This document shows, piece after piece, positions 46,421 to 61,370 of a DNA stretch of 64,000 bases. This stretch comes from Balanoglossus misakiensis. Lineage: Eukaryota; Animalia; Hemichordata. A model generated the notes under the pieces. It was not told where the DNA came from and made no database searches. It saw nothing but the letters and a program-made list of their open reading frames with translations. Position 1 is the first letter of the stretch. Every line of letters starts with the position of its first letter. Location: assembly GCA_040954595.2 (NCBI GenBank), contig CM082591.2, positions 2,331,745 to 2,395,744 of the forward strand, read 5' to 3'. A program made the translations under genes and the position numbers.

Positions 46421-47830
46421 ACGATCATCGTCGTCTTGGTAGTTATCGCCACTTCCTGAATGTCAAGGGTGTCCTTGGCTTTCAGAAAAGACACCCTTGG
46501 CATTCACAAACTGAATAAAATGCCACCGCGCTCGCAATTAAACGCCGCCGGTAATTTACACCATTACCTCGAAAGAAACCATCCCTGTAGTCCAATAAAA
46601 ACCCCTTTGTTAATAACCAATTAATATTATTTTTCATCAAATGTTGACTTCCCTTCGAGCAAATTTCAACAAAGCTCTCGCATGAATGGTAGTCTGCCAG
46701 GTCAGATAATACTTATATTATTGCATCTAAACTAAATTTGCTGTGACCAAAGCATAGTAGTAAATGTCTACAACCTGATTAATTGCCGTAATATTTTTGT
46801 AAGAGGGAAAGGAAGATTAAATATTAATAATTGAGAACATATTAATGTGACGGTCCTGAGGCTGTCGCTTTTCACGTAGAAACAAAATGTATGATCAAGG
46901 TGGATCTATTTATTACCCTTTAACCGCCATTTTGAAATGAAAGAATGTTATGATTAATACATGTACAGTCGAAAATACGACCCATTGTCGTTTACTTCCG
47001 GTCTGCACTACATTGTGAGACTGGAGAGCATGCGCGGAAATTTGCATACCACGATCTAGCCAATCACAAAATGCTGGCATTTGCATCACGTAAATTCTTC
47101 TACTGCCTAAAAATAATATTTATATTAATGAATATTATCTTGGAATGGCTTGTAAATAGTGTTTTGCTGACTAGTAAATGATTGCTCTGGTATAATTAAA
47201 TGCTTTCGTAAACATAGCCATCAATGTGAATAATTATGATTCCGTAAATGTGAATGTTTCTATGGAAACAAAACTTAATGTTGCAATCCAGTTTTTTTCT
47301 GGTTGCTAATATTGCCTTCCGCCACGTAGTGTCTATAAAAATGTCAAAATTGGGGTAGTGCGCAGTGTTTATGTTTTCATTACTTGACGCCAATATTATC
47401 ACATAGTATTTTTTCATGACAATGGTCGAATATCTCTGAGTATTTTGAACTAACGCGACGAACTTGCTGAGTTAACGGGTCACACTTGCATTCTCTGAGA
47501 TTACAGTTCATACTATTTCTGTCAAAACATTTTACAATAGCCCATCCTGACAATTTATACAGAAATATCTTCATACAGTTCCTCAACGGAATCGAGATAC
47601 CAAGAATTTACAAATATGAAAAGAAAAAGCACAAACATGCATTATTAAACAAGTTTACAACTGAGTGACAGACCAAGGTAATAGATATACAGGCTTTCTA
47701 AAAGAAATTCGAATCACAACACTAAAAGATTGTTTGCAATACATATTCAGGTTTCCCAACACTGTTTTATCATTTGTGTGTGTATATTTTCAAATCTTAC
47801 ATTTCTCTGACACTAGTAGAAAGGTTTTCG

Positions 47831-50800
47831 TCAGTTACCAGTCTCGACTTTACCATTTGGAAGAGGTTCAATTGTAGGTTTTTCGTCTGTCTTGAGGTGC
47901 TGTTCTGACGTAGTATTTGCAATGATTGCTGACCTGTCGTACGCTTGTTCAATGGTGCCATAACCGGTTTTGATGTCTTCTTTGTTGTCCAGATACTCGT
48001 CGGGTTGTAGAGGGGGGTCTGCCCATTTCTGTTTCTCCCCAGAGGCGAACAGGCCGTAGAAAATGACGCCGGTGAAATGGATCATAGCCGATATCAAATA
48101 AACCCTAGACCATTCCTTGGGAGTCTGTAAAACCATATAAACACAAAATCCATTTAGTGAATACCAAATGCGCCATCTACGGATCATGTTGACTGGCGTT
48201 TAGATCCGGTATTTTGCGAGAAGTAAATTTGCATATTAAGTATGCAGGCTGTGTCACCTTAAAGAGTTAATAGCGTTTTCTGGCTAATCGCTCAAGGATT
48301 ACAGCTAAGCCAAAGAGATCTCACCTCGTTCGGAGTTAAGTTTCCAACCATTATTGGACACATCATTCCAGACAAAGTCCCGGCGGCGTTAGATAGACCC
48401 ATTAAAATACTAGCATATCTTGGTGCAATATCTAGATGGTTCACATTGAAACCTGGACAAAAGATAATAAATTATTTCTTGGTGAAGTAAAATCTCGAGC
48501 AATGTCACATCTCAATGTCAAAATTGTCAATCACCTCTAGATGATATAGCCTACCTGATATAGCAAATCCACTGAAACCAACTGCGATTATGAGACAGAT
48601 GATAGCCATTTCCCTGCCGTTTGAGTAGCCAACAGCTATAAGAAAGATTGCTTCCATTCCAAAGCCTAGAAAGAAAACAAATATAAGACCAATGTGAAAT
48701 ATTGGGCCTAATAAAAAGTTTGCAAAACGAAAATAATGGGGATTTTCCGCGACCACACAGTTTTAGTAAAGGAATGTTTTCGAATGTGACTTTAAACTTA
48801 GCCTTAGATCAACGCGAAGTGATGAACCTACCTCCACAATTAAATATCTTACGCACTATCGTAGTTGTTAATATCCTTTTTCTCCGGAGAAAGTCTGCAA
48901 GTTGCCCGCCGAGTGGAACGATGATGGTCATCACAAGATGCGGTAGTGCAGAAATGACACCAACCTAATATATAACACAACAGTGTTGGATTAGGTTGCA
49001 AAACATAATAACCTGGTATCAGCAGAGTGTATTTATAATATCAATTTTATTGCTGTTTATCAGGAAAATAATAATTATGAGTTTATTTGTAATACCCAAC
49101 CCCTACATTGATATACATGTACTTTCATACAAATTATAGTAATGAAAGGCAAACTCAATTTTTACAAAATTAAACACGTACAGCGGAAAGTTCGTATCCA
49201 TACACCTCCTCAAAGTATGACGGTGAACTTGTTAACAGCAGGTAGAAAGTCCAACTACGACAAATATTAGCCACGATGATTGCGTAAACCGGAAGTGACG
49301 TGAAGAAACTCTTCCAAGGTGTTTTATGTCCCTGCAAAGAAGGATTTAGACAAAAACATGAGAAACATGCGAGAAAATGTAATGAATAATCTTTAGCAAT
49401 CCAACTCAGAACAACAACAACAATAACCAAAAATTAATAGACAACGATACCTTTGGGATAATCGATGCTGATTCTCCTATACTTTCTTCAATGTAAATTC
49501 TTTCCTCTTCAGAGATAGTTGGATGTGTAGATGGTTTTTCGTGAATTATGAGAAACCAACTTATAGCCCATAATATTCCTAAAGCACCTGTGAATATGTA
49601 GACCATACTATTCCTTAATGACCGCCTAGACAATGTATTCGACCTGTGAACCTATGAATATATTTGACCTATGAACTTGAGAATATGAATGGGTATGGTC
49701 TCCCTTAATACCTACCATAAACATAAAATGTTGCTGGCCAGCCGGCATAATCTGTCAAGAACCCTGATAAAGGCAAACCGATCACAGCGCCAGCATACGA
49801 CCCTGGAGTTAGAAATAACAGAATAATGATTGACTCGTGGTACGAGATAGTGGAACAGGGATTCTAGATCCAAGTAAAGAATTTTTCTTGGTATGTTCAC
49901 AGTGGGATTTAAATATTACGTCATTACATAAGTGGATGTAGAGGGCCGTGTCTCCGAGACAATGAACGACAATTTTTACCTGAAAAAGACAACGTGACCA
50001 GACGACTTCTTTCCATTGGTGGAGCCCATCTGCTCCACATCCCATGGCATGCTGGGTACGTTACTCCCTAAAAATGTAAATGTCGGTGCAACGTCAGAGA
50101 TGTCGAGAAGACACAGTAACACAACAACAAAAACTCATGTGTAGCCATGGTTGCACGGCGTCTTTATATCTCTCACCTCGACAAGTCCTTGTACAATTCT
50201 TACAGCGATCACCATCCCATAATGAACTTTACAGGACGCTGGTATAAGTAAATTTAAAAAAGACGTTATTAAAATTGCTCCACCGAATATCCTGTGGAAA
50301 AAAAGATACAAAGATTTATGTGAATAGAATGACAGTGTGAGCGGCCACCAACCAGGAGTGGTAAACACAAATTAAGCGTTGGTGGTAATGACCTTTTTAT
50401 TGGAACGAGTCTCCTTAGACTATTCCGCGTTTAATCAGCGGAGATGACGGCAATAATTACTTTTACGAAGACGTATTCAATTACCGTCAATTCATTGACC
50501 CGAAAAGCCATCCACCACCTGACTTGTCCGTCCTATAATTGTCACCCTTTAATTATCGCCCATTCTATTTTTATCAATGCGTAATTTATTTGACAATCAT
50601 ACTCTCTTTTGAGAGAGAAAATGTCTTTCGAGGCACGAGGTTCCTTTTCTTGTAGATTTGCCACATAAGATATGTTCATATATAATTAGCAGTTGTCGTT
50701 TTACGGTGCTCAGAAGGCACAGTATCTGTAACTTTCCAAAACTTTACCCAGTATTTTTGTTCTGAGCATCAACAGTGGCTTCTTGTTTATACCCGACGGC

Positions 50801-51441
50801 ACATTGCCAACTTACGTAGCCAGAATGTGTGTATTACGTGGTCAGAATGTGTGTATATCTTACCTATTTGCTGGAAATCTGGACGCTAGATACCCGCCAG
50901 GTATCTGAGTGACTATGTAGCCCCAGAAGAAGGATCCGTGCATCAAGCCCACTATTTCTGGGCTCCAGTCAAATTCCCGAACCTGGAAGACAAACGTCTT
51001 TGATTAGATGACGTCATATGATGTAAAGGGGGTGTGGGCTCCACCATGCATAGTTGTTTCCTGTTTATTTACGCCACAGTCTTCCCCATAAAGTTTCGCG
51101 GTTTCCTTCCCAATGTGACATGAAGCAACGGGCGTGTTAGTAATAGTAAAAATGCTGGATAATCGAACAAACTTACGTGCATTTGACTTTTGCCATTAAT
51201 GTGAGCTGTGTTATTATTAACCATATCCACTATTGACACACCTAGGTTGCATCGTATACCGAACGATATACAAAAACCGATAGAACTGCAAATTGCTAAA
51301 GTGTAACGCTTGCTGGTTCCGCATGTGGGCATCCGAAACTTCTTCTTTGGCTTGGCCGTTTCCTCATCGTAGTACTCGATACCGCCGTTGAGGGCATCGT
51401 GCTTCACCAGAACCTGCTCATCGTCGGATTTCTTCATAATC
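47831..51441 (-). CDS. VGLUT: Vesicular glutamate transporter (SLC17A6/7/8, VGLUT/EAT-4 ortholog), exons 2-12
   Basis: Exons (minus): 51441-51177, 50982-50864, 50291-50177, 50067-49980, 49802-49716, 49587-49451, 49331-49182, 48964-48832, 48665-48555, 48452-48325, 48124-47831. Motifs: [126 protein letters not shown]. The first listed exon either uses the ATG in IMKKS or is joined in phase 2 to an upstream exon. Confidence 0.93.
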
Positions 51442-54400
51442 CTGTGGAGATAAACGCACGGATTGGGTGTTATCGATCGAGGCATCAATTCGCAATCTAC
51501 GTTCACTGTTCTTAATCTGGCGTATTACACAGGGCGTGTATGTACACCCTTAATCCGCCAGATCGCATCTGCGCTCCCGTATAATCTGCCGTTGCTTCGC
51601 GGAGATGCTCAGAGAAAATCTAAATTACTCGGGTGGCAATTAAACATTTATTCGAACGATCGCGAATCTCGTTAGCTTTAAAACCCAAAGCATAAAATGC
51701 CACAGCTAGGCTCTTCCTGCCAAAATTTCTTTCAACCACCGAGCCCCGAGAATTGCACGGAACAGATGAGGTGAATCTGAGAGGCTTTGTGAGATATTTA
51801 TCGCATATCTGTGTATATGGTATACAGTTATCGCCGCTTTTTGTCGTCAATAATAGCGTTATCTTTGCGGGTTTACTCAGGCATCGTGAACGTTAGAGCG
51901 TGAACTAGCGTAGAGGGATTTTCGGATGCTTGATAACGCGATCGCGAACGACGGAATGTCTCAACGCGAAGTCCTGGTAGCACGCTATACCACACACAGG
52001 CGCAATGCAATTTTCCCCCTTTATTGAAAAGCTCTCTGGGAGCGTACTGCGAACTTCATTGAGCGCTAAATATTTGCATAATAAATGAAACCTATTATGG
52101 CTAATTATTAATCGTCTTATCAGAGTTTAGATGTTAGGAGGGACTGTGATGGACCGTTACTGCGAAAAGGAATTCAATATTTTATAATTTATTCATGAAC
52201 CATATAGCGGGATGGTTTTAAAGCCCCCTCTCGGTTACCAAACTTTTCCGACAGGAGATTAAAAATCTAAATGGCGAACAAAATCCCGACAAAATCTTAA
52301 GGCGCGATTCGCATACTCACACTGATGCGAGAAAAGGGATTGAGAGGGACCCTTTTAAACTCAGGACATTACTAGCTTCAGTGCAATAAGTTGTCCCAGA
52401 CAACTTATTTTCATCACGTCAAAAGGAACTATTCCACTCTTCAAATTTACAATAGTAATCCTCTGCGAACAAGCAGGCCCATAACCGTCTTAGTAATGAT
52501 TTATCGCGCTGGCGACAACCGCTTTTGAGAATGTTCTCTCCAAAGCCCGCCAAGGGGACACATTCTTCAGAATCATGATTGAATGGCGGTCGTCTCCGGC
52601 GCTACTTTCTTCATTATTTGCTCGTTATGGCTGCATTAACGCCATGTCGTTCGGCTTAGGGTTTAAAACCCGTCGCGTGGCACTCTACTCCGAGTAGATA
52701 GAAATCTCCCCGATGCGGGTGAGTTTAGCCGTAATTTATGATAAAGTCTCCCAGAAAACTGTCTCGGGATTGTCAGGTTTCCTCTTTGCAATATCTATCA
52801 GATTTTCCAGTGAGTCAAAAAGTATTCCCTATAGTTGACTGGTCTCTGTGTACACGCTTTATCTGGGAGATTAGCGAGGGAAAACAGTTATCAAGTCATT
52901 GCTATGACTTTAATATTGTAGTAAACAATGGACGAGTAATCGATAACTTTTATTATTACATAGCAGTTTATTATTGAAGAGCAGACACACGGTCACCGAT
53001 GTCTGAAAAATCTTTCCGCCAGCGCGAGAGGAGACGACACAGTGCAGTATCTCGGGCGCCGCCGAACGAGAAGATAATTAACGAACATCGACTTTGAATT
53101 GAAGTTAGGACGAGTCAATTTCTCCACGCGATAAAAACTCATAAAGAAGGCGTTAAAGCAATGTCCTGTTAATGAAATTCACTTGAGGTTGGAAATCGGG
53201 GATAATTTGTGATATCCGCGACATGGTTGTCTTGGAACTTTGACGCGTCGTGAGGCCGTTTGAAGTATCCACGTGTCGGCTATCGTTCTGATAATTAGAG
53301 AAATTTCCCTCCCTCCCGGCTGTGCTGTACGCCACAGGAACTCAACACTTGCACTGCATAGAGTATAGCAGGGACCTGAAACGCGTGATTTCCAAAGAAT
53401 TGATCTCCTCCGTGGAAATTACCGGGCCAGCTAATCAGATTTGGCAGCGCCTAATAACATGTAATCAGAGTTTAATGACTTGTGGTGACAGAATCACATT
53501 TGACACACCAATTTCATAGCCATGCAATCATGACAAAGTTTAGCGATATAATCGGCCAACCCCGACGCACTCCAGTTGTTTGGGAGTAACGCTGTTACCA
53601 TGGACGGACAGAAAAGAAAAAAAAACCCGATGTGGCAATTGCAAGACACGCCATAAATACAATTAATAATGAGTGATTTGTGAAATATCCGAAATACCAA
53701 CAAAGGGTATAATTTCCAATGCAATTAGAACACAAGATATTTTTTAGATTACCGTGATTATAGCGCAATGCAAAACGGGCGACTAAGTGTCAACACAGTA
53801 CAACTGCATTATATTGTGGAGTAATTTGAAGGAAGGAAGATAGCGCGTGCCCGCGCCGCGCGTGCTTTCGGGATGTGTGACGCCCTCATAGGCAAATATC
53901 GGTACATGATGAGGAAGCAATCGGCCATGCCAATAAAAATTATCAGCAAGGGGAATTCTTTTTGTGACATTTTAATTTAGTCAAGTTGCTTTTAATTTGT
54001 TCTGGTAGCACTCGAGCATAAATATGTAAAAAGGTCGCAGTTTTTGTTAATTCGAAAAAATCGAATACTGAACCGAATTGGGTCATGTAAACATGTCCAT
54101 GATTAAAAAGGTGATATCTTGTTTCTCCCACGTTAAAATATTTTCTATTGAAGTCAACTTTGAGTGTTATTGTCATATTTCAAAAGTGGTTGATTTGTGA
54201 GGATGAAAAAGATAGATATGTTCAATCAACTCGGGTACGCTGCCATGTTTATAAACGCCACCCGAGCGCCGTGAATCATTCTGTTTTATAGGCCGCGACT
54301 TGAAAGAACGAGGAAACAGTGTGTCGACTAAAATGGAGAAGAGATTTTTGTTTGGCCCACAATTTACAAGTGCATGAAGCGAGTCTCGAGAGAGCAACGC

Positions 54401-57339
54401 TAAAAGGTCCTCTATCGACCTCGCTTTTCGTGTCTATAAAATTGATGGATGTGCGTGCACCAGTTGGATCACGTATGAAAACCCTATTTGCCCGGATGTC
54501 ACTCTCCCGCCAAAATCTACTCTTCATTTGTGCCAAATATGACAAAAAAGAAACCCAGCCGATGGATGAATCAATCAATAAAACTAAACAAGTAACGATC
54601 GATCGGTTCATTGATAGCTGAATAGTCGTTATATCGTTTCCATATACACCGTCCTGTCCACTATGATGAAATTAAGATAAGACCGCCTATAGTATTCATA
54701 CTTCGTATGTTTTTGATGAGCCCGACCAAGTTGATAAGAAAGGCAGTTTCTTGACTACGTCAGCCCATAAATGCCATCTATAGTCAGAGGCAGGGTCGTC
54801 ACATAAAAAGGGGGAATGCATTTAATATCTCCAAGCTCGTATTTCAAACGCCACTGCATTAGGCATACAGCTTGCTATTATTTGGTATGTAAGTCAACGC
54901 TTATCGAGACAGCATGAAACGGACTCGGTAAAATACGAGATAATAGACATGTAATATATCCTACCATTTTCACATTTGACTCGCTATAGGAGATTGGCAG
55001 ACGTATCTTAGGGTTCCATTCCTTCCTTAAAAGCAACAGATAAAACCGAAATAGTTCAATTTCAACCAATATTAGAGCAATTTTACGATCAGTTTGTTAT
55101 CTCGGCCCCGGCTTGAATACTAACAGAGGAGTAACAGCCAAAGCAACTTTTATAGTTGCTTATATGCGGCGATAAGCCCATCCCGCAATTATACATTGTG
55201 AAACACTAAACATTGAAGTGAATCATGTTTTATTTGTCACGCCTACGTCATTTCCAGTGTGGAAACAATAAATAGAAGAATGGTCGGGAATTCTACGCGA
55301 TATGAGCCTCAGAATGTGAAAAAAAACGCAGACAAAGTAGAAAAGATGGACGATGTATTTTGTACATTGGTCGTTCATTTCACGAGTTTTCACGCGAGAG
55401 TTTACACTAAGGAAAAGGTAACACTAAGAAAAAACCTCAAGAAATCACACACAACACTTAAACAGAATAACTAGGACAGGGCGACACTGCCAATGAACAG
55501 CCGAGCTAAAAATAAAACCGGAACACAGAAATATGAATATTTTAGTGCCCCTTAACCCAGAGAAAAAATCGGAACTCGCCAAAATGATGGCAATGCGTGA
55601 AGCACAGAACAAACGGAAACGCACAAGAAAAAAAACGCGAAAAGGCGACCAATCTTTGAGATGCGCTCAGCTATTGATTTTGGTGTTCTGTCTGTATGGT
55701 AATTACCTATTGTTGAATATCAGCAATGGCGATGACAGATGCCACAAGGCGTGTTTCCACAAGGTGTCAATTTGCGCTCTATTGAACAAATTCCCCATGT
55801 GTATGGTTTACCCTTGACATGAAATAACACCCAACCAGTGAAATATTACCGCCCCCAAAATCACATCACAGCCGTTGAAGTGTCTTACAAAAAGCACTCG
55901 AGGTAGGAGAGCTTCCCCTAATTACAGGCAGATCAGGAAGTACATTGCAAGTGTGTTTGCAGAGATATAAACCACACATCTACCGAGAAAGGTATTAACC
56001 AATTGAAATCGTTCAAGTACAATACTGACATATGTGAATTGCAACATGATGAAAGGCTTATTTTCGTGTAGTGTGGGTGACCTATATAGGAATGTAACGT
56101 AGAGTTATCAGCTGCATGAGCCAGCAATGGCGGTGACGGAGTGTACAATTGATCCACAATGCAATTGGGCATGGGCTTATTTGCTGACTAAATAACTAAG
56201 AGTGCTGACCTAATCCATGAAATAGGGCACCGACTTGTTTGCTTAACTAGTCAGGATTCTGCATGCTTAATCCATGCGGATATCCATGTGAAATAAAGCA
56301 AGGGTATTGACTGATATGAGACACGGCAAAAATGTATCAGATGTATGAGCTGGTGTGTTTCAACTGTACAACACAATCTGTGCGCACCTGTATTCATATT
56401 CCATTATGTCATGTAAGATGTTGTGAAAAGTTGTCAAAGAATATCTGTAGCAAAAGTTGTATGCATTGGACACAAATCTCGCAAGGTTTCAACAAAAGCC
56501 TGCACAGCTTGTGGAATAGACTTTGCTCAGTATTGTTAATATTGTCTGTTGTTGTAATAGGGTTCAGTCTTAATTAAAAGATCACTTTTAAGACTGCTGC
56601 ACGCGATGCCAATCCGAAAAAAACATTGACATGGATGACAGAGGTCGCTGAAAGTTAAGCCCACCATTTTTAATCTCTGTGAGCATTGAAGGTTTATTTC
56701 TTTTTGCCTCCTCGCGCGAGCTGTGAGGACACGTGTTAATCGGAATTTGTGTAATCCCTGTGCCAATGGGGAGATCTGTTCTCTTGGAAATTTCTCAGCT
56801 CGCACAAAAAAGAGCTCAAGACTTAGTAACACAAACCGACATCAGTAGTTTCGAAATCCTGTCTGTGCGATCAGAAGTAGCTGTAGAAACAGGAAGTGTG
56901 TGATGTTGCCGTCTCAATAGACGAGTTTCCGCTGATTGCAATAGATCTCGCGAGACTTAGTTACTGTAGCTAAGGATTGCTAGCCTAGTGATACAAGGGT
57001 TTGGGCAGCGATCAGGCGATAACACGGAGGTATATTAACGTGCAATACCAGTACAAGGTCGTGTCGCTAAATTATGCAACCGATCATGTGTTATACTGTG
57101 ACCCTATTTGCCATTCACACTAGCATTTGCCCGCAGGAAAATTGTCACGTCATAAAACATAATCTTTACATTGCTTGAAACTCTGTGAATGAGAAGTGAA
57201 TGCATTTCTGTCTTTTGTGAGAAGACATTAACCGCTGCAAAATTCCAGTAAATAAGTGTTCCTTGGGGGCTGGCAGATGGTACATAGCTGAAGGGGAGAG
57301 ACACACATACGTATACATGTACACACCGTACAACAACAG

Positions 57340-57420
57340 GTAGACACAGACAGATAGATAGACACAGACAGATAGATAGACACAGGCAGATAGATAGACA
57401 CAGACAGACAACAGACAAAC
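57340..57420. repeat. 18 bp minisatellite (agacacagacagatagat), about 3.5 copies
   Basis: Visible directly; source of the CLSICL ORFs in the track. Confidence 0.85.
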
Positions 57421-60400
57421 AAGGGCACAGCCAAGCCAGACAAACAGATAACGCAGTTACATATGGAATTCATCGTAAGATCACCCTGGGACGAGACTGG
57501 GAAACAATTCTATTTGCAAGGCGCCGCCCTACGTGTTCATTCATGAGTCCGCTAGGAGTAGTTTGTTTTGCCTTTAACGGATTTTTGTCGATACTTTAGC
57601 AGGACAGTAAATGTTTTATTTGTTTATTTTGCGTGTGGTTTAAATCTTAGTCGATTAAATGTTAAAAACCTTGTCAGCGATAGTCAATCAATTTGAAGAA
57701 TTGAACAGGTTCTCAGAACGGGAAGGCAAAGCTTGATAACTATCAGAATGTTTCTTGTTTTTAAGAGTTTGCAAGTATGAAAGTTTCGGCATCTGTTAAC
57801 AGATGTACAGTCTACCCCAATCCGCAAAATAGAATCCATCAAGTAAAAGCATACATAATGGCCATGGCAGGTACCGAAACAATCATACATGAGTCTCTGA
57901 GATGAAATCCTGAGACCAGAAAGCCTCCATCGGTAAAAATAAACCCTACCTTGATTATAGATGAAATCCACGAGCTTGTTAATGTCTGCCACCGTTTTTA
58001 AGTATGTACTGAAAACCCCCAAACGCCCTTATTTTATTTGTCATTTCGTGTAATTTGGGGGAATTTATTTCTACTTGACGGAGAATTACAGGGGCGTTGG
58101 AAGATGCTAATGCGATCAAGCGCTTATTTCTTTAAGTTCCTGTCGACTCGGTGGCGGAGACGAGTGGGAAACATCTCTTAAAGTTTCGACCTCGTACATT
58201 CTGTCGCCTCGGATCTGCGCCTGAATCCGAATCTAATCCCAGACTGGCTCCATGCCGATATCACCAAGAGATTCCCACACAAAGGGAGTGTTTAGTACCC
58301 AATGAAGGGCTGTCCAACACCCCCCCCCCCCCCGCTATTTTTCTGATGTTTATGGAATTTAATCCTACACTGAAGAGGCTTTGGGGGGCTCGAGCTAATC
58401 CCGCCTAATGAATACCCCGATCGCCGACAGGACTTTGTCGTCGTCTCTTGTGTGAAGTCATAAAAAGCATACACTATCCAATGAAGTGAAAGGAAAGCAG
58501 TGTGTGCGGCCGCTATGTAATTTACCAAATGGAAGGGAATCTATTATCCGCTATAGTCATGGTTTGGTTATTAGTGCTACATTGCAAATGGATATTGGAC
58601 ATGCTAGGTGTTTACCAGTTGAAGTAGAGTAGCTGTTCTGAGGATGGGGACCTTGGGGGAAAAATAGACTTGGGGGATGTTTCTTGGTTATTGCTTAATC
58701 ACAATTTCCAAGGTTACAAACTTGTGGTACTCTTTGCGCCAGTGATGTCACTTCTTTCACGTCGAGCGCGACTTGGCAGACGCGCATTGGTTGTCACACT
58801 GGCGGCGCGCGTCTGTCGCGCGCGAAGGACTACAATGGGTGACCCGGAAAATGACCTGTGTGACATTCCGTATGGGTTATACAGTTGTGTCAAAAAAAGA
58901 AGTTCCGGCGCGCTCAATCAAATAGTCCCAATCTGTGAAATTACGATTGCGGTAATGAATTAGGGCACTCTATCCGAACAATAACGTATCCCAAACATAA
59001 AAAAAAACTTTCCTCTTCTGGGGCAGCTTCAAATATTGGCAAGTCTTACCTACACTCTTCAATCAAGTCATATCTTAGGTTAATCAAATATAAATTCCGA
59101 TGAAGATGGAAATTCGTGCATTTGGGATATAAACATAGAAGACAAGCATTTTTATCATTAATATTTCACAGGTAAATTGTTACGAATATACATACAAATA
59201 GGAAAATATTAACTTTTAATATTTGCCTTTGAAACCCTTGTTTGTTCTCCTAAGGGCGAGGAATGCTATCCGAGGTATTCTTTAAAGATGCATATAGCTG
59301 ATGAGGTTACCAAAGAAGCGTATTGTGTCAGCGGGCGAAAATTTCAATTGAAACTACAGACATACGGACTTCAAGTATAACCTAGCTCAAACAGTAAAAA
59401 ACGCAAAAATACATCTTTTAGGCGCGACTACGAAACAACGTGAACAATCCTGTGAGTCGACCCACTTACGCTATGGAACATTGTTTATGTACATTCCTGC
59501 CAAAAGTCATTATGCTAATTTGCATTTACCAGCTGCGAATCAATTAACACCTGTCTAATGACAAGTGCTAATTTGGTGATTTCCCCCCAAGGGATTACCA
59601 AGCGAATTTATCGGACCGATATTTCACATTTAATCTTCTCGTGATATTCATTTTTGACTCTTTTATTGGTGTTATAAAAATCTACAAAATTCAACATAAT
59701 TACTGGATTTTTTACCGCTCACAACTTTCCTTTTCCGAGCAATTACAACTTCAACATGATTGTGTTCGATAGTTTATCGCAGACACTATGCACAATATTT
59801 TTTATGGAAACTGTATCAGCGCAGACAACGTAATTTAAATATTTAAGATAGTTGAATACCCTGGAGCGACAGTTACAATTCATAATAAAAAAAATGCGAA
59901 GATAGTCAATATTATATGATGACAGAAAAAAAACCTAGACATTTAGGCTCAAAATCCCTACATACAGAGCCACAGCCTATGGAAAGTTTCCAAGTATGAG
60001 CCCATGAAACGCAAACCTAGGGAGTCTTCAATACATCAACCATGGCATAGTCCCTCTAGCTCTTTGCAGAACTGACAGTGGTTCAAAAAAATACGCAACC
60101 TGTATGCCATAGTTGTGTAACGTGGTAATACGACATCAGTAATACAATGTGTAATAATATTGGAGTAATAGAATGGACATTGCATCCTGTATAGATACGG
60201 CAGCTGTACTTACCAATACGAAACCCTCCTTCAAATGCAGTATCACAAGTCTACCTACGAGCTCATCTGACCAGACCTCCCTCCAACTCGAACAGTTTGA
60301 GACTACACAATTATTTAATTACCCAGGCGCTTATTTAAGTGATCTTACTTCATCCCGCTCATTAATTTGTTATTTCGGTAATCATTTAGTAAATTATGAA

Positions 60401-60430
60401 AGCAATAATTAATCGCGAATTTATACTCAC

Positions 60431-60552
60431 GTACCTGAGTGTAACTTCTTTACTTTGGCGGAAGCACAACATATATTCCCAACATCCGCTGCTTCATACG
60501 GACATTTCTGTGACAATGGCAGACATCGGAAATCGTCGTCTCTGGTTTTCAT
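60431..60552 (-). CDS. Candidate first coding exon of VGLUT (MKTRDDDFRCLPLSQKCPYEAADVGNICCASAKVKKLHSGT)
   Basis: ATG at 60552, open to a strong donor AC|GTGAGT at 60431/60430. Phase 2 fits the acceptor at 51441 and gives a protein of about 582 aa. A CpG-rich segment with TGACGTC (60679-60685) lies upstream. No homology support. Confidence 0.4.
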
Positions 60553-61267
60553 GCATCTATTTGATAACTTTCACCTGCTTTTTTCTCTTTCATTCCAAGA
60601 CAATCCGCGCATGCCTCAAACCTCCCACCGCTTTTTGTTCAAGATTTCCTGTAGGCCCTCGCGATGTCGGCTGTTGCTGACGTCTTCCCGCGCGCGCAGA
60701 AAGGCCCTATTGAAATGCCACTGAATGGCAAATGAGAAATGTTGTTTCGAGGATGACACAGCGCGCATTGAAATGCAAGCAAATGAATTTGACTTGCGAA
60801 CAATTACAACAAACGGACGATGACTAATCTAACTTTAGTTAACGATAAAGCAGGCAACGATGTCTATCTGCAGAACACGATTTATTGTTGTAGATACTGT
60901 GCAACGATAGCCGCATCTTTAAGTTTCGTGTCATACATGAAACATTTGTCTTAATTTCATCTTATCATGATTTCTCTTGAGTCACAAGTTATCAGTTCTG
61001 TCATAGGCGTTATCATTTATCATCGGCAACAGCATATACCCCGATTTCGATCGCCAGCTCGTTCTAAGGCCAGAGGTCGACTTTCTCACTTCTCACAAGG
61101 AACAATTTCTAGGGTTAGGGTAACTTTAGAATAGTATTAATCCGCTGCTGTCAGCACGATGAGAACTGGGTCTCTGAATGGTACCCCACTTCCCTAACTT
61201 CTAAACGGTGGCGCTGCTCTGGAGTTTGCATGGGTCGGTTGCTTACTGTACCGGTGTACGCAGGTTA

Positions 61268-61370
61268 CAGTCAGTCAGTCAGTCAGTCAGTCTGTCTGCC
61301 TGCCTGTCTGTCTGAGTGGCTGGTTGTCTGTCTGTCTCTCTGTCTGTCTGCATGTCTGCCTGCTTGCCTT
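61268..61370. repeat. (CAGT)n/(CTGT/CTGC)n tetranucleotide microsatellite
   Basis: Visible directly. Confidence 0.85.

Noticed and set aside
54173-54621. Overlapping 74-111 aa ORFs in the region upstream of VGLUT exon 2
   Set aside because: No recognisable domain or splice structure; lengths are compatible with random ORFs.
54654-54670. RE1/NRSE-like motif (minus strand TTCATCATAGTGGACAG) upstream of VGLUT exon 2
   Set aside because: Only 13/17 match, with mismatches in the conserved CAGCACC half; likely chance.
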